DNA of 64,000 nucleotides from Octopus sinensis (Eukaryota). The DNA is taken from positions 19,592,001 to 19,656,000 of the forward strand of contig NC_043000.1 in assembly GCF_006345805.1 (NCBI RefSeq). The letters run 5' to 3'. Made by a program: the position numbers and the translations under genes. The notes under the pieces were generated by a model, which was not told where the DNA came from, ran no database searches, and was given only the letters and a program-made list of their open reading frames with translations. Shown here piece after piece: positions 13,078 to 25,676 of this stretch. The first letter of the stretch is position 1. Every line of letters starts with the position of its first letter.

Positions 13078-13732
13078 CCGTAAATCCTCGAGTATAGTCC
13101 GCCCTTGAGTATAATACGCAGGAGATTTTTAGGGGGCTGTACTTCTGAAAAACCTAAACCTTGTGTATAATACGCACCCCTTCTCTAACTTGAGTCGTGC
13201 GTAATTAAGCCAGCAGCACCTTGTCGAACAAACACTTCCGCGCATGCGTAATGTAATAATGGTGATGTTTTTAACTGTTATATGGGAATGTAAATATGTT
13301 TGCAAATTGTTTTTGTTACATGTTATTCTGTGTTCTGAATACTTTTATTTTAATAAATGTTGCTTACTCCAAGTTATGGATGATTCTTTTATAACTTCAT
13401 TGCTTTCAGGCTTAGCTTAAGGTATTTTCGCGCCCGGCATCACAAAATGCGTCTGAATAAACATTGCCGGACAGCAAATAGAGACTCAGACATTGCTTAG
13501 AAAATCTTTTTCATTTTTAACCTCGTATATAGTACGCACTAGGGATTTTGACATTCAAATTTTGGGAAAGAAGTGCGGATTATACTCGATGAAACATTGC
13601 CGGACAGCAAATAGAGACTCAGACATTGCTTAGAAAATCTTTTTCATTTTTAACCTCGTATATAGTACGCACTAGGGATTTTGACCTTCAAATTTTGGGA
13701 AAAAAGTGCGGATTATACTCGATGATTTACGG
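13078..13732. mobile_element. Tc1/pogo-type MITE (TA-CCGTAAATC termini) with 133-bp internal tandem duplication
   Basis: TA at 13076-77 and 13733-34; TIR CCGTAAATCCTCGAGTATA / TATACTCGATGATTTACGG; second copy at 46297-46806; 13459-13591 repeated at 13592-13724. Confidence 0.88.
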
Positions 13733-14291
13733 TACTTTCATTAACACATCTCAAACTTAATTGCCTGCAACATGCTGGTCAGTGAAAGAAGTGGGAAAAG
13801 CCACCAACTTTGTTTTATGTTCTGATAATTTAAATGTTGGCTAAGAACGACCGGAGTGTACCCCAAACATAATTTACTTGGGATTATTCTTTAAATCCAG
13901 CGCACCATGTGGAAACCAGTGTTATCTGTATCAGCCGAGTGCTTTTGTTTTCAGAAGCAACATGAGTAGAAGCAGTAGTAGAGAGCAACAAGAACATCTA
14001 CAAGAATAACAGCAATAAGAAGCAGCAGCAGCAGCAGCAACAACGACAGTAACACCAACAGTACCATAACAATGGCGAACAACACCAAGATTAAAAATAA
14101 GATCCGCGACAATAGTAGAAACAAAAACTACTCCAACAACAACAGCAACACTCACAAAAGAGGCAGCAAATTATTGACTTCCTACGATTTTACTTTTGTT
14201 ATGAATGACAAGAGTGAGTTAATGGGAGTTTGTACACAAAAGAAAACATAATAACAGACGAGGCCGAAATAAATATATATAAATATTAAAT

Positions 14292-14344
<53 letters not shown>

Positions 14345-14359
14345 ATATGAATATATGTT

Positions 14360-14399
<40 letters not shown>

Positions 14400-14418
14400 T
14401 GTGCATATGTATATCAAT

Positions 14419-14453
<35 letters not shown>

Positions 14454-14454
14454 T

Positions 14455-14617
14455 CATTATTTATTAGCCACACAGGGCTGCACACAGACAGGACAAAATT
14501 ACAAGGTAGAGCTTTTCTTTTGGGGGTAAAAGAAGGGGGGTTTGGTTTTCGATCAAAAGGGATCGTAAATGGAAAGAAAGAGGACAAAAAAAGGGGAGGA
14601 TAAAATAAAAAAAAAAA

Positions 14618-14620
<3 letters not shown>
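14455..14620 (-). mobile_element. 3' end of the Tx1/L1-like LINE, inserted in a (GATA)n array
   Basis: Reverse complement matches ~25480-25655 (AAAGAAAAGCTCTACCTTGTAA...GTGCAGCCCTGTGTGGCTAATAAA); (GATA)n at 14419-14452 and 14621-14692. Confidence 0.85.
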
Positions 14621-14692
<72 letters not shown>

Positions 14693-14935
14693 TATGGGGG
14701 AAATAGTCAAGGTAGAAAATGCTAAAATGATTTTATAAAAAACATTTCAGTACAGGTTTCAATCATTGAGACTTTTTCAACTGTAAGTATGGAAAACAAT
14801 TAAATTTTGGAAAAGTTAAAAGAAAAGTTTAATAAAAAAAATATTTACATACTATTCAAATACAAGGGACATTTTCCTTGTTTCTGTCTGTCTCTGTCTC
14901 TCTTGTTTACTCCTGTGGGTTCGAAGTCGTTGTTG

Positions 14936-14982
<47 letters not shown>

Positions 14983-15103
14983 TAGATAACGAGAGAAATA
15001 TATTCTATAAGTTTTGTAGAATGATAGATTAAGGAGGTTTTTTAATGAGTACCGCTGGATTAGTTGAAGCCATATATTATTATTATTATTATTATTATTA
15101 TTA

Positions 15104-18011
15104 CTTTTTTTTTCTCCTTTCAAATTTGCTTCCATTTCTTGCCGAGTGTCTTCCCGACTCCTAGGACAAAGAAACTCATAGTATACATTGGTAGGCCATT
15201 AAACCAAACTCAGTAGTTCGTTCATTTTTTTTTTTTTTTTAAAGTTAAATTAAAATACATGAGCAGCAACAGTTCTCACATCGACAATGCTCTTCTCAAT
15301 ACGTGTGATGTCCCAGTTAAGACAATCTTTTGCACTTCTTGCAGGGATGGTAAGCCAGGGATCATTCTCATATAATTTTCGGTTCCCTTCTTGATCATTC
15401 CTAGTGCTCCTACGATCACTGGTACTGTAACCGCCTTGAGATGCCACATTTTCTCAATTTCAATGAGTAGGTCTTTATATTTTCTGAGCTTGTCAAACTC
15501 TTTCGCTGAGATATTATGATCACAGGGGATGCTCATGTCGATCAATAAGCAAACTTTATTGTTTTGGTCTTTCACAACAATATCTGGTTTATTGGCCTTG
15601 ATGGTTCGGTCTGTATGTACTGGAAAGTCCCACAGGATGGTTACATTTTCTCCTTCAGTTACAGCCTCAGGGTGGTGATTATACCACTTGTCGGCAGTTT
15701 TGATATTGTAATGTCGACTTATTAGCCAGTGGAGATATTGGCCAACTCTGTCATGTCTTAATTTATACTCCACTGGTGCTAAGACTTTACATCCAGAGAT
15801 TAGGTGGTCCACTGTTTCAATCATGTCGTTGCAGAATCGGCATTTTGGGTCTGCTCCATTTTTCATCACATTGGCCTGGTAGTTCCGGGTTAATAGGCTT
15901 TGATCTTGAGCAGCCAGGATGAAACCTTCACTCTCTGCTTTTAGCCCTGAGCTCCGTAGCCACTGATGGGTTTGCTTCTGGTCAACATCAGGTTGTTTGC
16001 TGCGGGTCACATATTTGCCGTGCAGAGGTTTCTCCTCCCACCTATCAGCCAATTGCTCGTGCGCTTTCTTCATTGCCATCATTTTCACCTTCTTTGCAAC
16101 AATAGTTGCCGTACTTCCCTCGGGTTGTTCAGTTTGGGTATCCTGCACGAGATCAATAGCAAATTTTTGCTTTCCTTTATGATAGAATGAAGCTTCTTTT
16201 GTCTCTCGTGATTTTCCACGAGCTTTAGCATCCAGTCATTCGATATTTCGAGATATTTGGCCAGTCCAATTGTGGTTGTTTTGTAAGCTAGTTCAAATGG
16301 ATCAGGCCTCGACCTCCTTGGGCTCTGGGAAGGTAAAGGCGATCTACGTCTGCCTTTGGGTGGTGCATCCTATTACAACTCAGCAGCTTGCGTATTTTTC
16401 TATCTATATTCTTTACTTCACTCATATTCCAGTTCAACACATTGTAGCTATAAGTAACAACTGGAACTGCTAAAGAATTTATAGCTAACACCTTGTTACG
16501 TGCATTTAGTTCAGATTTCAGGACTGCACGAACTCTCCTATAACATTCCTTCCTGATTTTCTCTTTCATGCTTGCATGCTGAATACCAGAGCCTTCATTT
16601 ATCCCTAAATATTTGTATGTTTCTTCTTGCTTAAGCTCTCTTATGACTGTGTCAACATCTAACACGACTGAATTTGTGGTCTTCACTTTCCCTTTCTGGA
16701 AAGTGGCCTTGGCACACTTCTCAAGTCCAAACTCCATCCCGATGTCATCGCTGAATGCTTTCACGGTGCGCAATAGGCCTTCAAGTTCATTATTGTTTAC
16801 CATAAAGTTTTAAGTCATCCATATAAAATAGATGGCTTATTTTTTTATTGGCAATTTTATACCCATACCCTGTTCTGTTTAATTCACTTGTAAGGGGTAT
16901 TAGGGTTATGCAGAATATTAAAGGTGAAAGTGAGTCACCTTGAAAAATTCCACAGTTGATGTTTATATTTTCTGAGGCAAGTACTCCATTAGAGTGGTAT
17001 AATTGGAGATTCGTATTCCACAACGACATGTGCTTCAGGAAGTTTGAAATCACAGGGGAAATTTTGAAGATGTCCAGCGATCTCAAGATCCATGGATGCG
17101 GTATACTGTCGAAGGCCTTTTTGTAGTCAATCCATGCGGTGCTGAGATTTCTGCGCTTGTTGTGACAGTTCTCAAGGATCATACGATTGATTAGCAGTTG
17201 ATCTTTGCATCCGTAAGAGCCTCGGCGGCACCCTTTTTGTTCAATGGGGAAAATATCGTTCTTCTCCATGAATGCATATGTTTTCTCCGCCAGGATAGAT
17301 GTTAGGATTTTAAACGTGGTGGATAGACAGGTTATAGGCCGATAGTTTTTTGGAAGGCTGGTTTCGTTATTCTTTGGGAGTAGGTAAGTAATGCCACTTG
17401 CTAACCATTCAGGTGTTTTCTTTGGGTCTCTCATAATTCCATTGAGCAGCTGAACTAGCTTACCGTGTGCGCATGGGAGCGATGCGAGTCAGAAATTCGG
17501 CACCCTATCTTTACCGGGGGATTTCCAATTATGGGCCTTCGTGAGTGCCTTTCTTAGGTCTGCTATTGTGATGTCTTCCCATGCTTGTTGTTGTAAATTT
17601 TGGTAGGATCCTTCAGTTTGTATAATCCAGTCTGCATTTATGTTGTACGTCTTCTTGTCACTCCAAATCCTTTTCCAAAAGTTTTGAACTTCTTCCATGG
17701 GAGGGGGGTCTTTAACGGTTACTTTCTCCTTCCCTATTTCTCTGTAGAATTTTTTGACATTGGATGTGAACAGCTTATTTTGCTTGTAAAACTTGTTTCT
17801 CTTCTCAAATCTTCGTATTCTTTGGGCTTTTGCTTGGACTTTTTGTTTCAGCGTTTCTTTTATTGATATCAGTTCTTCTCTTGGTGAGGATCCAAATTTT
17901 CTCTTCATCTTCTTCCTGTTCTGGATCTTACATCATTTCCACATATTAGTTCATTTAATATTGATATTTCCCCTCTCATAAATTCAATCTCTTTTTCAAT
18001 TTTACTTCTCC
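15104..18011 (-). mobile_element. R4/Dong-clade non-LTR retrotransposon (RT + restriction-like endonuclease), 5'-truncated, flanked by (TAA)n
   Basis: RT motifs NYRPITCL, WIDYKKAFDS, GIFQGDSLSPL, YMDDLKLY; CRFC..ETVDHLISGC zinc knuckle, RHD, KPDIVV..IDMSIP..KEFDKLRKY RLE motif; (TTA)n at 15075-15103 and 18012-18056. Confidence 0.93.
15276..17908 (-). pseudogene. Frameshifted RT-RLE polyprotein of the R4/Dong element (ORF pieces 17489-17908, 16790-17434, 16288-16803, 15276-16148)
   Basis: Pieces are colinear with the expected domain order and joined by frame changes. Confidence 0.9.
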
Positions 18012-18027
18012 ATTATTATTATTATTA

Positions 18028-18095
<68 letters not shown>

Positions 18096-18963
18096 CAGTG
18101 TACGATGGGTAAATTGTCGCCAATTGATAGTTTTAATTTCGCGCATGCGCATTGTTTGTTTTTCATTCTGTCGACTACCAGGGACATTGGAGTGACTGAG
18201 TTTCTTATTCGGTATTTCTCATACAGGATGAGAAAGCGCCAATTTTTATCCCAAGCCATCAAGGACAAACGGAAAGACTACGAAGCTTCTAAACAAACTC
18301 AATCATCTCCTCCAACCAAACATGCTTTGGTTTTTCTCAAACGAGAAAAAATCTCCGCCAAGATCAGACAGTGAACATACAGAACAACCGTTGGCTTGCT
18401 GTATCCCTAAAAGATGTACTGAGAGAGATAAAAATCTAACATCCAGTCAACATCATGGTGTTTGGCGTGATCACAAGTGATGGCGACTTTATGTTTCCAT
18501 TCATGTTCACACACAGCCTCAGACTCAACACGAAGACCTACACGTTAGCACGCCGGGTGAAATGCGTAGCCGTATTTCGTCTGCCGTTACCTTCTGAGTT
18601 CAAATTCCGCCAAGGTCGACTTTGCCTTTCATCCTTTCAGGGTCGATAAATTAAGTACCAGTTACGCACTGGGGTCGATATAAACGACATAATCCGTTTG
18701 TCTGTCCTTGTTTGTCCCCTCTGTGTTTAGCCCCTTGTGGGTAGTAAAGAAATATACATTAAATGTCTGGATGAAGTAGTGCTGCCCTGGATGAAGAGGG
18801 TGGGTGCTGGAAGACCCTATGTCTGGTAACAGGACTCTACACCATGCCACACAAGCAAGAAAACCCAGTCATGGCTGTCAGACAATTTCGGCGACGACAT
18901 CATCCCTAACATCTGGCCACCTAACTCCCCAGACTGCAATCCCCTTGATTATAACGTGTGGAA
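18096..18963 (+). mobile_element. Decayed DD37D (maT/mori-type) Tc1/mariner transposon, split by a SINE
   Basis: Starts TA-CAGTGTACG; translates across frameshifts to RYFSYRMRKRQFLSQ, MLWFFSNEK, MVFGVITSDG, QDSTPCHTSKKTQSWL...WPPNSPDCNPLDY with 37 residues between the second and third Asp. Confidence 0.85.
18544..18754 (+). mobile_element. SINE B, 5'-truncated, inserted in the DD37D transposase (between ..KTY and IKCL..)
   Basis: Matches 2220-2429; TACA on both sides. Confidence 0.85.
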
Positions 18964-20100
18964 GATCATTTTATTTAGGTACAAGCCCAGCAGTTTTGCA
19001 GAAAGAAGGTTAGTTGTTACCATAGATGTTAGTACATGACAGGTATTTTATTTAGCGATCCCGAAAAGACGAAAAGCAATGTTGATCACCATTAGATTTG
19101 GAATCAGATTATAAAAAGCTGGAATCAATAACTCAATCACCTTTCCCAATTCATCCAGCTAACCGCTTTAACAATAACAGCAGCAGCAACAACAACAACA
19201 ACAACAACAATACAAATGACAATAATTGTTTCAAATTTTGACACAAGGCCAACAACTTTAGGGTTCTAGTCGACTGCATCGACCTCGGTACTCAAATCAG
19301 AAGAATTTGAATCAGAACGTAAATACCCGCAAGAAATGCCTTTAAGAATTGACTACCGGTATTTGGTGTGTTTACGTCCTAGTAACTAAGCAGTTCGGCA
19401 AAAGCGACGATAAAATAATTACTAGTCTTTAAAAATAAGTCCTGGGGTCGATTTGTTCGACTAAAACCTTTCAAAGCGGTGCTCCAGTATGGCCGCAGTT
19501 CAAATGACTGAAGCAAGTAAAAGCATAAAACAAAATTCTTGGGTAACACTGACCAAAGCTTGGGCAGGACTATGATGGAGAATCAATCGAAAAGTATAAA
19601 AGGATCTTGAAAATACAAAACACATGACGATATGAAACAGGAAAACAGTAATAATAATAACTCCTGAAAGTGTCGCGGGGGTAGAGTCCTCAAACACCTC
19701 GTCAATAGGGTTGTATGATAAACAACCGCCATCACACTTTCCGGTTGGACAGAGCGACGAGTTGAGACTACTTTTTCTCCTTTATTCTTTCACTTGTTTC
19801 AGTCATTTGACTGCGGCCATGCTGGAGCACCGCCTTAAAGGGTTTTTGGTCGAACAAATCGACCCCAGGATTCATTCTTTGTAAGCCTAGTACGTATTCT
19901 ATCGGGATCGTTTGCCAAACCCTTGGGTTAAGAGGATGTAAACACACCACCATCGGTTGTCAAGCGACGGGTTTCTTTCAGTTTCCGTCTACCTCTTTAA
20001 CAACAACAGCATCTTTATGTCCGTGTTTGTCCTCCTAACCATCGCTTGACAACCGATGGTGGTGTGTTTACGTCCTCTTAACCCAAGGGTTATATATATA

Positions 20101-20321
20101 GTTGGAATTTACAAAAAAACAAACAAAACAAAAGACGAAGACGGGTGTGTAAACAACAAACAGGTGTATTAGTTTAGCGCTCTGGAAATAAGGAGAATGT
20201 CTTATATATATATATATGTACATATAACGTAAAAGACTTTCTCCTTATTTCCCGAGCTCTAAACTAATACACCTGTTTGTTGTTTACACACCCGTCTTCG
20301 TCTTTTTTTTTTGTAAATTCC

Positions 20322-20324
<3 letters not shown>
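20101..20324. repeat. Inverted pair (~100-bp arms) of the (TA)n-anchored short family
   Basis: 20101-20202 is the reverse complement of ~20232-20324; (TA)n outside and between the arms; related to 30867-30975. Confidence 0.85.
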
Positions 20325-20354
<30 letters not shown>

Positions 20355-20357
<3 letters not shown>

Positions 20358-20720
20358 GACGGGTTTCTTTCAGTTTCCGTTTACCAAATCCACTCACAAG
20401 GCTTGGGTGAGCCCGAAGCTATAGTAGATGATACCTATTTCTTTATTACCCACAAGGGGCTAAACATAGATGGGACAAACAAGGACAGACATAGGTATTA
20501 AGTCGATTACATCGACCCCAGTGCGTAACTGGTACTTAATTTATCGACCCCGAAAGGATGAAAGGCAAAGTCGACCTCGGTGGAATTTGAACTCACAACG
20601 TAACGGCAGACGAAATACCGCTAAGCATTTCGCCCCTGCCCAAGGTGCTACGCAGTGGGACTGAACCGGGAACCATGTGGTTGGGAAATATGCTTCTTAT
20701 CACACAGCTACGCATGCGCC
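20355..20720 (-). mobile_element. SINE A 5' half interrupted by a SINE B copy (~20436-20635)
   Basis: A sequence stops at GCTATAGTAGA and resumes at TGCCCAAGGTG around a family-B body. Confidence 0.8.
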
Positions 20721-20769
20721 TATTATTCAACAGTCTCGTTGTTGGTCTATCCTTGCCTCATCCAACCAA

Positions 20770-20958
20770 TTGACTCGGCTTGAAGGTCTATCGCCAATAA
20801 ACTATGTTTGAACGACTCTTGCCGGTTGGCTCAGCTTCATTGTCTCCTGTCGGTTGGCTCAGTTTCAACGTTTCCCGGTGATTGGTTCGGCTTGAACGTC
20901 TCTTGGAGGTTGGTTCAGTTTGAAGGTCTCCTGCCGATTGGTTCGACTTGAATGTGTT
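20770..20958. repeat. Diverged 28-bp minisatellite, ~7 units (consensus ~GTTGGTTCAGTTTGAAGGTCTCCTGCCG)
   Basis: Units aligned by eye. Confidence 0.8.
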
Positions 20959-22283
20959 AGTAAGGGTAACTATAAAAAATAAATAACACTGAATATGAAC
21001 GGGGAAAAAAATCATGCCAAGTCTCACAACTTAACACAAAATCCATAGCTATCTTGCTTAGCGCAGCTCCACATCCTACACCAGATACTTTCAATTCAGT
21101 AGAACAACTCCCATGATTAACTCCCTGAACTCAACTATCCATTTATATAATCATCACTCAATAAAATAATGCAATGCATTACTCTATACAATCACATCCA
21201 ATAAAATAATACAATATACAAAGCGAGTACTCTAAGGAATAATCAAAAACAATATAGCACAAATCCCGCAGCACCCAGTGAAATAACACAACACATAACA
21301 TTTAGATAATCGATACCTGATATTATAGCGCCAACGCCTCACACAACTCACATTCTACACGGTTGCCATCCTTTAATATTAAACAGTCCACATAAAACAT
21401 ACACGGCACAAACATCACCTGATGCTAAAACACATAGCACTAATCACAGAGCACATACGAATCGCAAACACCGACCAATATAATAACATAATTGAATTTG
21501 TATACACTCTACCTAGTAGTAAAGCGGGGTTGACGGGGCGAACATCAACAACCGGTGATGGATCTCTATGAAGAGATCTGTTAGAGTAAAATCGATCGTG
21601 TTTAGCAGAGAAGTAATGATAGCAAACAATAGATTAGTGAAGCAGTTAATCATGAGATTAGAAAAAAAAAAGGAAAACAAGGCCTTTTAGAAAATGCAAT
21701 TCGATCAACATTAACGATGAAAATAGCGCTCGACTACTTGTTTGATGTGACGACTCAATTTTCTAGAAATAGTAGTTAAACCTTCATCAAATCTTATTAA
21801 CATATTAAAAAGGAAAGGACATGTTAGAAATATGGTTCTAGATACACTATGTCTGAAAAACAAATATAAAACCGACGGAATGGTCATAACTATAGTGTCG
21901 TTAATAAGTCTGTTCCATCAAGGCTTATATAAGGCTAAGGTGGTAGACTTAGACCTCCGCACGCTTTAACATCAGCATTTGTGTCCAGGGTTCCCTGAAG
22001 GGCATTTGAGTTAGATCTGTGTTAGATAGCTGATGGAAAGTTTATTTCTTGTCATCTATCTCCTCACCGGTAACAGAGAGCCTGAAAAGAGCCATGGATG
22101 TTGCCATTCTTTCTCTACTTATAACAAAGAAAGACAAATACATCATTATTATGATTAAAAAAAACGTAAGATAATAAAACAGCGGAAGCGACAACAACAG
22201 CGGCCACAAGATCAAGAACAACATCAAGCATAATTATTTCTCGCATAATAATAACAACCCTACTATTGAAACTACTGTGCAAC

Positions 22284-22324
22284 AACGACAACAACAACAA
22301 CAACAACAACAACTACTACTACTG

Positions 22325-22409
<85 letters not shown>

Positions 22410-22442
22410 CAACAACAGCAATAATAATGATGATGATGATGG

Positions 22443-22480
<38 letters not shown>

Positions 22481-22513
22481 CAACAGCAATAATAATGATA
22501 TGATGATGATGAT

Positions 22514-22569
<56 letters not shown>

Positions 22570-22594
22570 CAACAGCAATAATAATGATGATGAT

Positions 22595-22637
<43 letters not shown>

Positions 22638-22770
22638 TTAATAACAACAACAGCAATAATAATGATATGATGATGATGATGATGATGGTAATAATAATAA
22701 AAATAATAATAACAACAACAACAACAATGATAATATTATTATTATTATTCTCATTATTATTATTATTATT
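22284..22770. repeat. Compound CAA/CTA/TAA/TGA microsatellite with higher-order units
   Basis: (TAA)n-(CAA)n-CAG-CAA-TAA-(TGA)n-GGT block repeated about 4 times. Confidence 0.92.
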
Positions 22771-23319
22771 GAGTGAGAGAGCAGAGCATGCCATCAAAGT
22801 GACACTGGGGTAAAATATACGAAGCCAATATACCCATCATGACTACCCGTCTGATAAAGGTACACAAGCACATGCATCACAACCATATGTGCGCGACATG
22901 GTGATCTCATATCAAGATAAACAGCACATGACCTTGCAGGGGGGGGCCCAGTTAGAATTTTCTTCAGGTTGAGTAGCCCATCCCGCTCAAACGGTCCCTG
23001 AATAAGGGTTGTTTAAGGATGTTGAAAGAACCACCCATGTTTCCAGAGGTGAACTATTCAAACCCCAAAGAATCCCTCTCAACACATGGCTATGATGTTC
23101 CCCCACTACTTCTGCTCATGATCAGAGATGCACATATCGTCAGCCACTAAGGGACATGCTCAACTGGTAATGTCAAACAATGACAAGCAAATCTGTGGTA
23201 TTGAGCAGAATTTGCTGTAGCCCATCTTTTATACCAAGACAAAACAATGTACATGATAACACTTCCAATCAGTTAAGATCAGAAGCCATGAGAGCCACTG
23301 CCTGGTACTGCATCAGGGC

Positions 23320-23322
<3 letters not shown>
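22771..23322 (-). mobile_element. Family E, full-length copy inside (TTA)n
   Basis: GAGTGAGAGAGCAGAGCATGCC...CATCAGGGCATTT with TTA repeats on both sides. Confidence 0.9.
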
Positions 23323-23358
<36 letters not shown>

Positions 23359-24110
23359 GATCATTATTATTGTTATTGTTATTGTTATTATTATTTTATT
23401 ACTAGTATTATTATTACCATCGTCATGAACATCATAAAACAGCTTTAATATTCTCACAAAAAATCAATATGTAATGCAATAACAGCGTCAGCAGCAGCAA
23501 CAACAACAACAACAACAACAATATCAACTACGACATCGACAGCAATAAGGTGTATGAAAATAAGATTGACATCACAACCATCAACAGTAACAACAACACC
23601 ACCACCACCACCAACTACAACAACAACAACAACAACAATAAAACAGATTAACAATACTGAGTACAACATCAACAACAATAAGATGTATCGAAAGAAATAA
23701 CATTGACATCACAACCATCAACAACAGGAACAACAACTGTAACTATAATAATGTCGACAATATCAGCAAACACGCAAACAATATCAATAGTATCATCTAC
23801 GACGACAATAACAACAAAACAACAACAACAACAACAGCCACGACACTATCAGCATCAGTTAACAATGGCGGCCATAAAAGGTAGGATTGCGCAATGGCGG
23901 CCATCAGGTAATGTCATCAAATACAGCTTCGTTTCTGCTGATTGTTCAACAGTTATGTCTATAGGTTTGAAGCAGTATCAAATTGTGTCCACACACACAC
24001 GTACGTACACATACACAGGCACACTCACTCACACACACTCGAATGCAAATACATGCATACATACACACACACACATATTATATATATGTATGTATATATA
24101 TATATATATA

Positions 24111-24190
<80 letters not shown>

Positions 24191-24630
24191 GGAATACCAA
24201 GGTAGATATGCATATAAACATAAAGAGGAGTACACTACATATATATACGCTGTAAGCGTTTATATACGGCGCGTTTAGGTACACAGGCAATCATACTAAC
24301 TCGTGCATCGCGAACGCATGCCCTGATATACACACACGCACAGTACACTCATGAATTGTTGCTAACACATATATACACGCATATGCAGATATATGTACAT
24401 ATCCATGTGTGTGTGTGTGTGTGTGTGTGTGTTGTGTTGCGTGCGTACGCGCGCCTGCGTGCAAATTTTTGACATGGATATACAAGCAAAATACGCAGCT
24501 TTTCATTTAATTGTTGCCATACATAATCCACATCATACACAAATACACAGGTTATGATATGCATAGACACAAGTATATATCGACACACATACATACAGAC
24601 AGACATGCATGCATACATACATACATGTAT

Positions 24631-24688
<58 letters not shown>

Positions 24689-24691
24689 CTG

Positions 24692-24753
<62 letters not shown>

Positions 24754-24754
<1 letters not shown>

Positions 24755-25655
24755 GGTGCTACCGAGAAGCGCTACCCGTTCGGGATAAGCTCTATAGGCA
24801 TGGCTCGAGAAACACGGGGCCGACCTGCCGAGATGCGGGCAGAGCTACGAAACCGCTCTGCACGCAATCGTGCAGTGTCCAGCAATTCCCACCTGTGGGC
24901 TTATGTCGAACGACTGCTGTCACGTGTGGGACGTGTCGGTTATCAGCCGAGTCTATCGTTAATATCGTCACGCCTCCTTCCTTCAAACGGGAAGGAAGAG
25001 CTATTTTTATCATACTTGTGGCTATGGCGAAAGAATGTATCTGGTGGACGCGTCTGAAAGGATTAGAGACAAACACTTTCCTCTCTGGTCAATCTCTCAT
25101 CAACTTCTTCAAGTATCACTTGAAGAAAAAAGTGAGAGTAGAGAGGCAAGTTTTGTCTAGTGAATGTTTTAAAAAAAGATGGGTGAATGTAGCAAGGATG
25201 GCATGTATGAATGACGAAGCCACCTTGACTATGTCTATGAACCGTAAAAATTAATACAGAGAGTTGCTTATTTGCAAAATAAAAAAAAAAAAAAAAAAGA
25301 AATATAACATGTGACTTCATTGACCGAGGTTACCGTGGTCTTTTCCGTAGGCTTTCTTTCCACGGGTAAACCTCACCTGTCCTCCCTTTACACTTCATAT
25401 TGACATCTCTGTGATAACGATCCCTATTGATCAATTTTTTCCTCTCCCCCTTTTTTTTTTGAACCCCCCCTTTTTTTTTTGTCCTCTTTCTCTCCTCTTA
25501 CGATCCCTTTTGATCGACCCCCCCTTTTTTATTTATTTATTTTATTTATTATTTATTTTTTTTAAATTTTTTTTTTTTTTAAACCTTCAAAAGAAAAGCT
25601 CTACCTTGTAATTTGTTCTATCTGTGTGCAGCCCTGTGTGGCTAATAAAGAAACA
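24754..25655 (+). mobile_element. 5'-truncated Tx1/L1-like LINE (C-terminal zinc-binding region of ORF2 + 3' UTR) inserted after (CTAT)n
   Basis: WCYREALPVRDKLYRHG then, with a frameshift, CPRCGQSYETALHAIVQCP (CCHC); ORF ends 25254; T-rich 3' UTR ending AATAAAG; (CTAT)n at 24628-24753 and ATATCTATCT after. Confidence 0.78.
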
Positions 25656-25676
25656 TATCTATCTACATATATATAC

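Noticed and set aside
14697-14860. Third hammerhead-like string on the minus strand (CAG-TTGAAAA..GAAACCTGTA-CTG)
   Set aside because: Core too degenerate to call from one copy; worth re-checking only if a family consensus restores CTGANGA.
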